From NCBI RefSeq assembly GCF_009914755.1, contig NC_060934.1: a stretch of DNA of 64,000 bases; one strand, 5' to 3'. Within the stretch, counting starts at the first letter, position 1. Each line of letters starts with the position of its first letter. Below, in pieces: positions 1 to 13,560 of this stretch. The position numbers and the translations under genes are program-made. The notes beneath the pieces are model-generated. The model did not search any database and was not told the DNA's origin. It saw only the letters and a program-made list of their open reading frames with translations. Source of the stretch: the human T2T-CHM13v2.0 reference genome, Homo sapiens.

Positions 1-391
1 CCAGGAGCGAGGTTGCTGGGTTGTATGGTAAGTGTATATTTAGTTTCATAAGAAGCTACTTAGAGATAAAATAAATCTAAGATGAAACAACTTCCACTCT
101 TTTATAGTAGTTATGCCAGTTTGCATTCCTACCAGCAATGTATGAGAATTCCAGTTGCTCTGTATCCTTGTCAGCACTTGATATTCTTCTTTTTTAATTT
201 AGCCATTCTATTAGTGATGTAATAGTATCATTGTGGTTTCAATTTGTTTTTCACTAATGACTAGTTATATTGAATGTATTTCACAGGCTTATTTGCCATC
301 TATATATCTTCCGGGTAATGTACCTGTTGAAATCTTTCCCCATTAAAAAAAACTAGATTTGCTTGATGTGGTTGAGTTTTGAGAATTATTC

Positions 392-500
392 TTTTTTTTT
401 ATTTTCCCAGACAGGGTCTCACTCTGTCTCCCAGGCTGGAGTGTAGTGGCACCATCATAGCTCACTGCAGCTTGAACTCCTGGGTTCAAACCATCCTCCT
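392..500 (-). mobile_element. Partial AluJ/FLAM-like fragment
   Basis: T-rich tail then AGACAGGGTCTCACTCTGT..CCAGGCTGGAGTGTAGTGG..CATAGCTCACTGCAGC..AACTCCTGGGTTCAA. Confidence 0.85.
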
Positions 501-618
501 TCTTCATGAGAATTCTTTATATATTCTCAATACAAATCCTTTGTCAGATGTGAAATTTACAATTATTTTCTCCCAGTTTGTCCTTTCTAGCTATGTCTTT
601 CTCAGAGCAAAAACTTAA

Positions 619-951
<333 letters not shown>

Positions 952-1579
952 TAATTTTTAAATTTTATTGATTGCAATTTTGTTGTTATATCTAAGAACT
1001 GTGTCTAACTCAAAGTTACAAAGATTTTTCTTCGAGAAATTTTACAATTTTAGGTTTATATTTAGGTCTGTTATCCATTTTGAGTTAATTTTTGTATATG
1101 GTACAAGATGTGGATTGAAGCACTTTTTTTTGTACATATGGATATCCAACTGTTCCAGCATTATTTGTTGAAAAGACTCTCTTCATTAAACTGCTTTTGC
1201 TTTTTTTAAAAAATCAATTGGTCATGTTTATGTGGGTCTCTTTCTGGGTTTTCTATTTTGTTCCATTGATCTAAGTGTCTCCCCTTTCTCCATTGTGAGT
1301 GTGGTAGATCTTAAGTCAGGAAGAGACACCGAGTGAGAGGGGAGCATTTGGGAGAGGACATGGGAAGGCGAGGAAGGGCTGGAGACTTTCCAGGCAACAT
1401 AACCTTTAAGCCGAGATCTGTGTTGGGTAAGAGTGAGAGGAAAGAGGATGGGCAGGTATCATAGGTCACTTAAGCCTTAGGAACGTTCTGGGCAAACGCT
1501 GGAGGGCAAGAGGGAAGTGGGTGGGGGCAACGGTATGGTTCACAGTGTGGTTGGAGCAGAGTATAAGAGTCAGGTTGGA

Positions 1580-1936
<357 letters not shown>

Positions 1937-2238
1937 TCAAGAGAGGTGTCGATTTGATCCCAAGGGTAGAGTGGATGTATTCATTTCAGAGGAGGGCGTT
2001 TAAGCAGGTCAGCAGGATGAGTGAAAACACCACATTCAGAAGTTCTCTGCTGTCATTCGATCAGTGCATCTTCCCTAGCTCTAAAAGAGGGAGTCTGGCT
2101 TCTCAAAAACAGCAGACCCCAGGCCCAGCTGCCCAACCATTTCCCGGAGGGAGCAGCCCACTCAGCCCAGGAGTTGGAACCTGCTCTTCATTTTTCCCTC
2201 TTGCCTTGGCTGTGTAGCAAGGCCTTGGTGAATCGCAG

Positions 2239-2272
2239 TGCACTGCCTGGCGTGGAGCAGCAGATGGCAGCA
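2239..2272 (+). promoter_or_regulatory. Candidate CTCF site with upstream module
   Basis: GCAGCAGATGGCAG fits the CCASYAGRKGGCRS core except at position 1; TGCACTGCC lies 6 bp upstream of the extended core. Confidence 0.45.
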
Positions 2273-3119
2273 AAACCAAGGCTCTTGGAGCAGAAGCAGC
2301 ACAGTTCACGGCCTTCAATCCAGAGCAGCTTTAATATTGCAGCAATTTGGATGTCTGCATAAAAGCAGTCTTGTTTTTTTTTCTCTCCACTTCTGGCTCC
2401 TGGAAATAATATTCTCTTAACCTTTTGGAATTAAACCAGCCAAATAGAGTGTAACATGTTTCTTAATCATTTGGGCCACCTTCTCCTTTCTGAATGGATG
2501 TTGGTTTCAGTGGGAATGTTTTCTGTGGTTGTGGATCATTGAGAAGATGGTGCTGATTTGCTCTGGTAAGCTGAAGGAACAACCAGGCACGTGGCATGAA
2601 GTGAAATAAGGACAAATGCAAGAGACATCCTGGAGACAGGCAACTGAGGACAAAGAAAGTCTGTGGGGAAAGGGTGGTGAACCAGGTGCCCACCTGCCAG
2701 CATTATTGCTGAGGCACATCTCAGCCAGGTAAGCCTCTTCCTCAGAAAATTCTCCTCTCCCACTGATCCCACTTCCAGAATTTCTTTGTGGACCAGGATG
2801 AAGGTTTTCAGACTTCAAGTGTTACTTTCTTGGGGAGCTGGAGCACTCCCTCCCTCCCCTGGTACCCTACTAGACCAGGTGACACACTCACTCAGTTCAG
2901 TGCAACTTGCCTTCATGGTACTTTTCACAGTGTGTAATTATATGACTGTGGGACAATACAATTGGTGTCTCTATCCTCTACTAGACGGTAAACCCCATGA
3001 AGGCAGGAATCGTTTTTGTTTTGCCTATGTCTGTATCCGATAGGTCTGGCATAGTTGCTGGCATAACTATGACACAATTATCTGTTGAGTAATTCCATGA
3101 TTATATAAGCAGAAGAGGA

Positions 3120-3695
3120 TATATAATAGAGAGGCAGAGAGCCAGATTGATCTGGGTGGAAATCTGGTGTTATTCTTATTAGTCTGTTTTCATGCTGCTG
3201 ATAAAGACATACCCAAAACTGGGAACAAAAAGAGGTTTAATTGGACTTACAGTTCCACATGGCTGGGGAGGCCTCAGAATCATAGTGGGAGACAAAAAGC
3301 ACTTCTTACATGGTGGTGGCAAGGGAAAATGAGGAAGAAGCAAAAGCGGAAACCCATGATAAACCCATCAGATCTTGTGAGATTTATTCACTATCATGGG
3401 AAAGATCAGCCTCCATGATTCAATTACCTCCCTCTGGGTCCCTCCCACAACACGTGGGAATTCTGGGAGATACAATTCAAGTTGAGATTTGGGTGGGGAC
3501 ACAGCCAAACCATATCACTGTTACTCATCCACTGCATGTACTGGGTATGTTGCTCCAAATTTCAGTTTTCTCATCTGTAAAATAGAAACAATGGTACCTA
3601 TCTTGCAGGCTGGTTATGAGTATACAATGAAATTATCTGTGTTAAGTATTTAGCCCAGTACTTGAAAGTAAGTGCCTGTACATGATAGTTACTTT
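3120..3695 (+). mobile_element. MIR split by a THE1 LTR
   Basis: MIR core TCAGTTTTCTCATCTGTAAAATAG after the LTR; MIR-like 5' part before it. Confidence 0.7.
3175..3517 (-). mobile_element. THE1A/B solo LTR (ERVL-MaLR)
   Basis: Reverse complement begins TGATATGGTTTGGCTGTGTCCCCACCCAAATCTCAACTTGAATTGTATCTCCCAGAATTCCC; ~345 bp. Confidence 0.92.
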
Positions 3696-4254
3696 AATTT
3701 TTACGATAGAGCCTTCATATGCAATTTGCCCAAGGAAACAGCATTGGTCTGATTTCAAAAGGAGATGAACTGACTAACGTGAGAGCTTGTTTCATACAGT
3801 TTTGAATGGAGAGAGGAAGAGAGAGTTGTTGGAGTTATGGTGTTGCTGCTGTTGCTGCTGAAATGAGTGACTTGAAAGTCCCAAAAGTGTTCAGATGTTC
3901 TGCACTAAGGTGTGTGGGAAAAGACTGCTCCAAGTCACAATAAATAATAAGCTGACTAGGTGAGGCCATATCCTCGTTTAAAAAAAGAAATACAGTGGGA
4001 TTGTTGACATGGGTGTCAAGAATGTAAGGCTGAGCAAAGCAATTAGACATTGAAATTCCACCAAGACAGTGTTAAAAGAATTGTGTTCAGTTCTGCACTC
4101 CACACTGGAAGAGTAGTGAGATTAAAGGAAGCCGCCACAGAGAAGGGTGAGTACTGATGTTCCCTTCCCAAAAAATGCTTTCAAGCTGTTACATGCATGC
4201 TTTATATTACTTAAAAAAGCAGAGCTTTTGAAAGTGCTTTTAAATATTTGGGAA

Positions 4255-4718
4255 ATTTATTCATAATAGCCAAAAAGTAGAAACAAGCCAAATGTCCATC
4301 ACTTGATGAATGGATAAACAAAGATTGTTATATCCGTATAATGGTATACCATTCAGGCATTAAAAAAATGAAGTTATAATACGTGCTATAACATTGATGG
4401 ACCTTGAAAACATTATGCAAAGTGAAATAAGCCAGACACAAGTATTGTGTGATTCCACTTATATGAGGTACCTACAGTAGTCACATTAGTAGAGAGAAAA
4501 AGTAGAATGGTGGTTGCCTAAGGCTGAGGGAAGGATAGGGTGGGGAATAGTGTTTGACTACTAATGGGTACAAGTTTTATTTTGGGGTGATGGAAATGTT
4601 GTAAAGTGAGATTGTGGTGATTTTACAAGTCCATGAACATACAGGAAACCACTGAAGTGTAATTTAAATGAATAAATTTTATGATATGTGAATTATATCT
4701 CAATAAAGATGTTAAAAA
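4255..4718 (+). mobile_element. L1MB-like 3' end
   Basis: ATTCATAATAGCCAAAAAGTAGAAACAA..AATGTCCATCA..GAATGGATAAAC to TGTGAATTATATCTCAATAAAG. Confidence 0.85.
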
Positions 4719-4731
4719 TATTAGGGAGCGA

Positions 4732-4885
4732 TCAGAGATTCATAACCCAGGCTGCATATTACAATATTTGGAGAGGCTAAAAAAATATCACTTCCCAGGA
4801 TCCCACTGCAACCACTGAGATCTGAATATCTGAGGGGTGAGGCATAGCCCTGGGCATTTGTGAAGCCAGGATTGAGAGACTCTGC
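4732..4885. mobile_element. MER5-like hAT MITE
   Basis: GGCTGCATATTACAAT..CCCAGGATCCCAC..CTGAATATCTGAGGGGTGAGG..CCAGGATTGAGA resembles MER5A/B. Confidence 0.55.
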
Positions 4886-5536
4886 ACCGGTTGATTGAGG
4901 GATTAGATTTTAACTTTTCTGCCCCTTAAGAACTCACTGAATAGGCACATGATTTTGTTGTTTTAATGATATAAGGCTGCATGTTCAAAATAATTTTCCT
5001 TAGCTTTTCTTGGAGGCAGAACAGTGGCTGAACTGTATGGTCTTACTAGGAACTTTCCCATTTTAGGATTTTATAATTACATTTATCTTTTGCAAATGTC
5101 ATTAAAAGATACAAATATTTGTTCTGAGTAATGCCTGATGCTTTAGTGCAACCAGAAACATTCTATTCGTTTATTTTTCTTATTTTTTCCCACTGGCTTT
5201 CTTAAGGTATAACTGACAAATAAAATAATGTGTATTTAAGATATACAATACGATGATTTGATATACATTTATATAATAAAATGATTACCATGTTCAAACT
5301 AATTACTACATTCATCACCTCACAGTTACCATTTTTTTGGTGGTGATAACACTTAAGATCTACTCTCAGCAAATTGGAAGTATACAATACAGTCATATTG
5401 ACTGTAGTCACAGTGTTGTACATTAGATTCCCAGAACTTCATCTTATAAATGAAAGTTTGTACACTTTGACCAACATCTCTTCATTCTGCCCTCTGCACC
5501 ATGCTTCCCTGCACTACTGGCAGTCACCATTCTGTC

Positions 5537-6283
5537 TTTTTTTAAAAATTTTTATTTTAGATTTGGGGGTACATGTGAAGGTTTGTTACGTAGGTAAATA
5601 TGTGTCATGGGGGTTTGTTGTACATATTATTTCATCACCTGGGTACTAAGCCCAGTACCCAATAGTTACTTTTCCGCTCCTCTCCCTCCTCCCACCTTCC
5701 CCCCTCAAGTAGAACCCAGTGTCTGTTGTTTCCTTCTTTGTATTCATAAATTCTTATCATTTAGCTCCCACTTATAAGTGAGAACATGTGGTATTGGGTT
5801 TTCTGTTCCTGTATCACTTTGCTAAGGGTAATAGCCTCCAGCTCCATTCATGTTCCCACAAAATACACAATCTCATTCCTTTTTATGCTGTATTCCATGG
5901 TGTATATGTACCACATTTTCTTTATCCGATCTGTCATTTTTGGTCATTTAGGTTGATTCCACATCTTTGTTATTGTGAACGGTGCTGCAATGAACATTCA
6001 CGTGCATGTATCTTTATGGTAGAGTGATTTATATTCACCTGGTATATACAAACTAATGGGATTGCTGGGTTGAATATTTCTGCTTTTAGCTCTTTGAGGA
6101 ACCTTCATATTGCTTTCCACAATGGTTGAACTAATTTACACTCCCACCCACAGTGTATAAGTGTTCCCTTTTCTCTGCAACCTCAGCAGCATCTGTTATT
6201 TTCTGACTTTTTAGTAATAGCTGTTCTGACTGGTGTGAGATGGTATATCATTGTGGTTTTGATTTGCATTTCTATAATGATCA
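5537..6283 (-). mobile_element. Nested 5'-truncated older L1PA/L1PB 3' end
   Basis: TTTTATTTTAGATTTGGGGGTACATGTGAAGGTTTGTTAC..CCCACTTATAAGTGAGAACATG; TCACCATT on both flanks (5524-5531, 6285-6292). Confidence 0.85.
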
Positions 6284-6610
6284 ATCACCATTATATTCTT
6301 TGCTTCTATGACTTTAGCTTTTTCAGATTCCACATATAAGTGAGACAATGCAGTATCTTTCTGTACCTGGCTTATTTCACATAGCATAATGTCATCCAGT
6401 TTCATCCATGTTGTCACAAATGACAGGATTTCTTGTTTTTTTTATGACTCTGAAGTATTTCATTGTGCATGTACTACATTTCATATATCTGTTCATCTGT
6501 TGACAGATATTTAAGTTGATTCCATATCTTGGTGATTGTGAATAAAGCTGCAATGAACATGGAGGTGCAGATATCTCTCTGACATATTGATTTCATTTCT
6601 TTTGGATATA

Positions 6611-6955
6611 CAGTTACGCACCACTTAATGATGTTTCAGTCAACTATAGACTATAAACATGGTGGTGGTCCCTTAAAGATCTTAATATCATATTTTTACT
6701 GTATCTTTTCTATGTTTAGATATGTTCAGATACACAAATACCATTGTGTTACAGTTGCTTACGGTATTTGGTACAGTAACATGCTGTAGAGGTTTGGAGC
6801 CTAGAAGCAACAGGCTATACCATAAAGCCTAGGTGTGTAGTATGTTATACCACTTAGATTTGTGGAAGTGTACTCTATGATGTTGGCACAATGACAAAAT
6901 TGCCTAATGATGAATTTCTCAGAATGTTTCTCTGTTGTTAAGTGACACATGACTG
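6611..6955. mobile_element. Tigger3a/MER7-like TcMar MITE nested in L1
   Basis: Terminal inverted repeats CAGTTACGCACCACTTAA / TTAAGTGACACATGACTG; TA TSD; removal restores L1-like TTTGGATATATACCCAGAAGTGGG. Confidence 0.88.
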
Positions 6956-7742
6956 TATACCCAGAAGTGGGATTACTGGATCATATGGTTGTTATATTTT
7001 TAATTGTTTGAAGAACCTCCATACTATTTCCTATAATGGTTGTATCAATGTACATTCCCCTCAACAATGTACAAGGGTTTCCTTTTCTCAACACTCTTGC
7101 CAACATTTATCATTTGTCTTTTTGATAACAGCTATCTTAATAGGTGTGACACAATGTCCCATTGTAGTTTTGAATTGTATTTCCTTGATGATTAGGGATA
7201 TTGAGCACCTTTCCATATCCCTGTTGGCCATTTGTATATCTTTGGAAAAATGTCTATTCAGATGCTTCCACTTTTTTTTTTCTCTTGGGTTGTTTGAGTT
7301 TCTTGTATGTTTTGGATATTTATCCCTTATCCCTTGCAGATATATGATTTGCAAATATTTCCTCCAATTCCACAGGTTGCCTTTTCATTTTGTTGCTTGT
7401 TCCTTTGCTGTATAGAAGCTTTTTAGTTTGATGCAGTCTTATTTGTTCATTTTTGCTTTAGTTGCTTGTGCTTTTGGTGTTATAGCAAAAAAAAAAAAAA
7501 TCATTGCCAAGACCATTGTCGAGGAACTTTCTCTCAACATTTTCTTCTAGGAGTTTTATAGTTTCAGTTCCTACAGTTAAGTCTTTAATCCATTTTGAGG
7601 TAATTTTTTTGGTGGATCATATGTCAGTTTTATTTTTAATTTTTTCAGCAAAAAGGGTGTACAAAAAGGGCTCAATTTCATTCTTTTGCATGAGGATTTC
7701 AGTTTTCCCAGCATCATTTATTAAAGAGACTATCTTTTTCTT

Positions 7743-8043
7743 GGCCAGGAGCGGTGGCTCACGCCTACAACCCCAGCACTTTGGGAGGCTGAGGCGGGCG
7801 GATCATTTCAAGTCAGGAGTTTGAGACCAGCCTGGCCAACATGGTGAAAGCCCATCTCTATTAAAAATACAAAAATTAGCTGGGCATGGTGGTGCATGCC
7901 TGTAATCGCTGCTACTTGGGAGGCTGAGGCAGGAGAATCGCTTGAACCTGGGAGGCGGAAGTTGCAGTGAGCCAAGATCACACCACTAGCACTCCAGCCT
8001 GGGTGACAAGAGCGAAACTCCATCTCAAAAAAAAAAAAAAAAA
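7743..8043 (+). mobile_element. AluS (Sq/Sx-like) nested in L1
   Basis: Full dimer ending GACAAGAGCGAAACTCCATCTC plus A-tail; AGACTATCTTTT on both flanks. Confidence 0.95.
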
Positions 8044-11000
8044 GACTATCTTTTCCTAATTGTGTGTTCTTGATGCCTTTGTCAAAGATTAGTTGTATAT
8101 GCATGGGATTATTTCTAGGCTCTTTATTCTCTTCCACTGACAAGCTGTGGACTTGTCATATACGGATTTTATTATGTTGAAGTAAATTTTTTCCCCATTT
8201 AATTGAGATTTTATCAGGAAAGGATGTTGAATTTGGTCAAGTGCTTTTTCTGCATTTATTGAGATAATTGTGATTTTTATCCTTCATTCTGATTCTGTTA
8301 ATGTGGTGTATTATGTTTATTGTTTTGCATATGCTGAACCATCCTTGCATCCCAATTAATGTCTGTTTTTATGACAGTACCATACTGTTTTGATTACTAT
8401 AGCTTTGTATTATAGTTTAAAATCAAGAAGTGTGATACCTCTACCTTTTTCTTCTTACCTTCTTACTCAAGATTATTTTGGCTATTTGGGGTCTTTTGTG
8501 GTTCCATACAAATTTTTGGGTTTTAAAAAACGTTTTTTGTAAAAAATGCTCTTGGAAGTTGAAGAGGGATTGCGTTGAATTTCTAAATTGTTTTGGGTAC
8601 TGTGGATATTTTAAGAATATAATTCTTCAAATCTATGAACACTAGATATCTTTCCATTTGTTTGTATCTTTTTGGCTTTCTTTTATTGATGTTTTAGGCT
8701 GCTTAGTGTACAGATCTTTCACCTCCTCAGTTAAATTTATTCATAAGTGTTTATTTTTTGGTATCTATTATAAATGGGATTGTTTTCCTAATTTATTTTT
8801 TTGGAGCGTGTATAGAAACACAACTGATTTTTGTATGTTACGTTTGTATTCTGCAACTATACTGAAGTCATGTATTATTTATAACAGTTTTCACGGTGGT
8901 CTTTAGGATTTTATATAAATAAAATTATGCCATCTGCAAACAGAGAGTATTTAACTTTTTCCTTTCTGATTTGAATGACTTTTATTTCTTTTAATTCTTA
9001 ATTTTCTGGGCTAGTAATTCCAGTATTACGTTGAACAGAGGTGGTGAGAATGGGCATCCTTGTCTTTTTCCTGATCTTAGAGGAAAACTTTCATCTTTTC
9101 ACCGCTGAGTATAATATTACTTGTGAACTTGTGCTATGGCCTTTATTATGTTGATGTACATTGTTTCTCTATTTAATTGAGAATTTTTATCAGGCAAGGA
9201 TGTTGAATTTTGTCAAATGCTTTTTCTACATTTGTTGAGATAGTAGTGATTTTTATCCTTCATTCTGCTAATATGGTGTATCATATTTATTGATCAGCAT
9301 ACAATGAACCATCCTTGCATCCAGGGATAAATCCAGCTTGATCATGCTGTATAATTCTTTTAATGTTCTGTTGAATTGGTTTGCTGGTGTTTTGTTGAGA
9401 ATTTTTGCATCTATATTCATCAGGAATATTGACCTGCCATTTCCTTTTTTTGTAGTGTCCTTGTCTGGCTTTGGTATGAGGGTAATGCTGGCTTTGTAAT
9501 ATAAATATGGAAGTGTTCTTTTCTTTCAATTTTTAAGAAGAGTTTGAGAAGGATTGAAATTAATTCTTTAAATGTTTGGTAAAATTCACCCAGGAAGTCA
9601 TCTAGTCCTGGGCTTTTCTCCATTGGGATGTTTTTGATCAGTGCTTCAATCTTCTTACTCACTATTAGTCTATTCAGATGTTCTGTTTCTTTATTATTTG
9701 GTCTTGGTAGGTTGTCTGTTTCTAGGGATTTATTCATTCTTCTAGGTTATACAATTTATTGGATAGTAGTCTCTTATGATCCTTTGTATTTCTATGGTAT
9801 CAGTTGTAACGTATCCTTTTAAATTTATGCTTTTATTTGTTTGAGTCCTCTCTCTTTGTTTCTGGGTTAGTTTAGTTAAAGGTTTGCCAGTTTTGTTTCT
9901 TTTCAAAAAACGAACTCTTAGAAAACTAACTCAGTTTTGTTGATACTTTTCAATTGTCTTTCTAGTCTCTATTTCATGTATTCTTTCTCTAATCTTTATT
10001 GTTTCCTTCCTTATGCTAACTTTGGGCTTAGCTTGTTCTAGGTTTTTCTGGTTCCTTGAGGTGTAGTGCTAGGTTGTTTATTTGAGATTTTTTTTTCTTA
10101 ATGTAGTATTTATCAATGTAAACTTCCCTCTTAGAACTGCTTTTTGTGCTTCCCATAAGATTTGGAATGCTGTTTCTATTTTTGCCTCAAAATACTTTTT
10201 AATTTTCCTTTTGATTTCTTTATTGACACATTGGTTGTTAATGAATGTGTTATTTTCCACATACTTATGAATTTCAAATATTCTTCCTGATATTGATTTT
10301 TAATTTTATACCAGGTGGTTAGAAAAAATACTTAATGTAATTTGAGTCTTCTTAAATTTGTTGACTTGTTTTGTGGCCTAGCATATGATCTATCCTGAAG
10401 AATGTTCTATATGTGCTTGAGAAGAATGTATATTTTACTGCTGTGGGTGGAATGTTCTCTATGTCTATTAGGTCCACCTGGCCTATAGTGTTATTCAAGT
10501 CTTCTATTTCCTTATTGATTTTCTGTCTGGATGATCTACTCATTGTTGAAAGTATTATTCTATTCCCTTCTATTCTCCCTATTCTAGTATTATTATATTC
10601 CCTTCTATTTCTCCCTTCAGTTCTGTTAATATTTGCTTTATATATTTAGGTGTTCCAATGTTTGGTGCATATATATTTACAATTGTTATATTCTCTTGAT
10701 GAAATTAATGTCTTTATTATTATATAGTGACCTTATTTGTCTCTTGTGACAGATTTTGACTAAAAGTCTATTTTGTCTGAGGTAAGTATAATTAATCTTG
10801 CTCTCCCTTGGTTATCATTTGTGTGGGATATCTTTTTCCATCCCTTCACTTTCAGCCTCTGTGTGTCCTTAAAGTCTCCTCTAGGCAGCATATTATTGTA
10901 TCTTGTTTTGTTGTTGCATTCAGCCACTCTGTGTCTTTTGGCTGGAGAATGTAGTTCATTTACATTTAAAGTAATTATTGCTAGGTAAGGATTTACTATT

Positions 11001-12281
11001 ATGATTTTATTAATTGTTCTCTGTTTTGTAGTTACTTTTATCCTCTTTCTGTCTTCCTTTGTAATTTGTTGATTTTTTAGTGACATGCTTTGATTCCTTT
11101 CTCTTTCTCTTTTGTATCTAATAGAGGTTTTTCTTTGTGGTTACCATGAGGCTTACGTAAAACATCTTAGAATTATAACAGTCTATTTTAGGCTGATAAC
11201 AACCTCAATTGCATATAAAAACTCTACACTTTTACTTTCCCCTCTACTACCTTTTAGGCTATTTCAGTAAAACTTTACATCTTTTTATATAGTGTATCCA
11301 TAAATAAATTATTATACCTATAGTTATTTTGAATACTTTTGTCTTTCAACCTTTACACTAGAGTTAAAAGTGATTTATGCACCACCATTACTGTATTCTG
11401 AATTTGACTATATATTTACCTTTACCAGCGAGTTTTATGCATTCATATGTTTTTATGTTGTTACTTAGGATCCTTTTGTTTCAACTTGAAGAATTCCCTT
11501 TAGTGTTTTTTTGTAAGACAAGTCTGGTGGTGATAAACTGCTTCAGCTTCTGTTTGTCTGGGAAAGTCTTTTATCTTTTATCTCTCTTTCATTTCTTAAG
11601 GACAGCTTTGCCAGGTGTAGTATTATTGGTTGGCAGTTTTTTCCTTTTAACACTTTGAATATATTAAACTACTTCCTCTTGGCTCCTTGCAGGTCCCATG
11701 GTGGATGGTGCTGGTAGCAGAACCAGGGCCAAATTGGGCTGTAACCAAGTCCACAGGGGGATGGGGCTGTTTCTGGGTCTGTAGCTGGGGCCATGGTCAA
11801 TGAGCATACCACCTGGGCATAGACCTGCATTCTCAAAATGCCCTCCTCAGTATTACAGCCTCCTACCTGGATCCCAAAGCTCCCATAAAGGTACTTTTGT
11901 CTGTTGATAGCTGACAAATTAATGTTTCTGTGAGGAGATATGAGCAAGGACCTCATATTCTGCCACCTTGCTGACATTACTCCCTCTGTTCATTTAAATT
12001 TACTTAATAGAGGTAATGACATGGGTACTAACATGAGAATTTTCATGCCAAAATCATACTTTCTATTTAGACAATTTAAAATCGTTAATACTTTAATGAA
12101 ACAAACTTTTGTTTCATTATTGTTTTCATCATTATCACCATGATCCAAAGCAATTAATTGTCTGTTTATTTTCCACACTGGCAGGAGCAAGTCACACCTG
12201 TCCTTTTAGGCGAACCACTGCCTTTCCTGAAGAATGGTAATAAAAGTCCCTGTTAAAGTCTTCATGAAACCCAACCAGGAC

Positions 12282-12579
12282 TTTTTTTTTTTTTTCCAAG
12301 TCATAGTCTCTCTCTTTCGCCCAGGTTGGAGTACAGTGGCACAATCTTGGCTCACTGCAGCCTCTGCCTCCTGGGTTCAAGTGATTCTCAGTGCCTCAGC
12401 TTCCTGAGTAGCTGGGACTACAGGCACATGCCACCATGCCTGGCTAGTTTTTGTATTTTGGTAGACACAGGGTTTTGCCATGTTGGCCAGGCTGGTCTCT
12501 AACTCCAGGCCTCAAGTAATCCAAATGCCTCAGCCTCCCAAAGTGTTGGGATTACAGGGGTGAGCCACCGCATCTGGCC
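12282..12579 (-). mobile_element. Alu (Sx/Jb-like)
   Basis: Reverse dimer; TSD CAGGACTTT / CAGAACTTT. Confidence 0.95.
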
Positions 12580-12625
12580 CAGAACTTTAAAAAATTGCAG
12601 TAACTTTTTAAAGAATGGAGGGGTC

Positions 12626-12935
12626 GGCTGCGTGCAGTGGCTCACGCCTGTAATCCCAGCACTTTGGGAGGCCAAGTCGGGTGGATTGCCTGAGCTCAGG
12701 AATTCAAGACCAGCCTGGGCAACACGGTGAAACCCCGTCTCTACTAAAATACAAAAAATTAGCTAGGTGTAGAAGTGGGCACCTGTAGTTCCAGTTACTA
12801 GGGAGGCTGAGGCAGGGAGAATCGATTGAACCCAGGAGGCAGAAGTTGCAGTAAGCCCAGATCATACCACTGGACTCCAGCCTGAGCTACAGAGTGAGAC
12901 TATCTCAAAAAAAAAAAAAAAAAGAAAAAGAAAAA
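12626..12935 (+). mobile_element. AluS-like
   Basis: Full dimer with A-tail; TSD AAAGAATGGAGGGGT / AAAGAATAGAGGGGT. Confidence 0.95.
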
Positions 12936-13099
12936 AAAGAATAGAGGGGTAGAGGGTCACCAATATCTTGAATTTTGTAGTGCAAAAAAAGTGTTGGAAA
13001 GTTTCAATATAAACACATTAGAATAGAAAATGTTATCATATTAAATTGAATTTTGGAGGGGCAACTCTGGTAGCATGAAAGGAGGAAGAAGAAATAAAT

Positions 13100-13560
13100 T
13101 TATATTTATTGAGCTTCTACTGTGACTCAGATTCAAAGCTTAATGCTTTTTATAGAGCATATCATTTTATTCCAGCCCCAATAACCTTGGTAGGGAAGCA
13201 CTGTCTTTTTGTTTGTTTTCAGATGAAGAAATGAGGCCAGGGGAGCCACTTAATTTGCCCTAAGTCTCAAGCTTGTAGGTGGAGGTCCTGAGATGTGGTC
13301 CCGCAGATGTAACTCTGCCGTCCTGTCATTCTGAAGACAGGCCAGATTGTGTTTTATAGCTTTGTATAGGAAAAAGCACTAAACATTAGATGACCCTAAC
13401 TTCAAATTCTCTGTGGTCTTGAGTAAGTCATAACCTTTGCATCCCATTCTCCTAAGATATGAAGGTGAATGTATTTGTCTCATGGGATCGTTAAGAGGCA
13501 AATGAGTTAACGTAGGTAAAAGTCCTCAGCATCTTAATTGGCATCGCACAGGTGGGACAT
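13100..13560. mobile_element. Two MIR fragments (minus ~13100-13330, plus ~13370-13560)
   Basis: TTTCAGATGAAGAAATGAGGC (antisense core); TGTGGTCTTGAGTAAGTCATAACC (sense). Confidence 0.6.

Larger units (their letters stand above)
5174..11984 (-). mobile_element. Old L1MA-type element: both ends present, degraded ORF2, most of ORF1/5'UTR deleted, three nested insertions
   Basis: ORF fragments match L1 ORF2: IITLNVNELHSPAKRHRVAE..LKVKGWKKI..ILTSDKIDF (endonuclease), [30 protein letters not shown]. Minus-strand start GGGAGTAATGTCAGCAAGGTGGCAGAATA. Candidate TSD TCTATTCGTTTA (5162-5173) / TCTGTTCATTTA (11985-11996). Confidence 0.9.

Noticed and set aside
6942-11086. Several ORFs with endonuclease/RT-like peptides
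   Set aside because: Broken pieces of a dead L1 ORF2 and their antisense shadows
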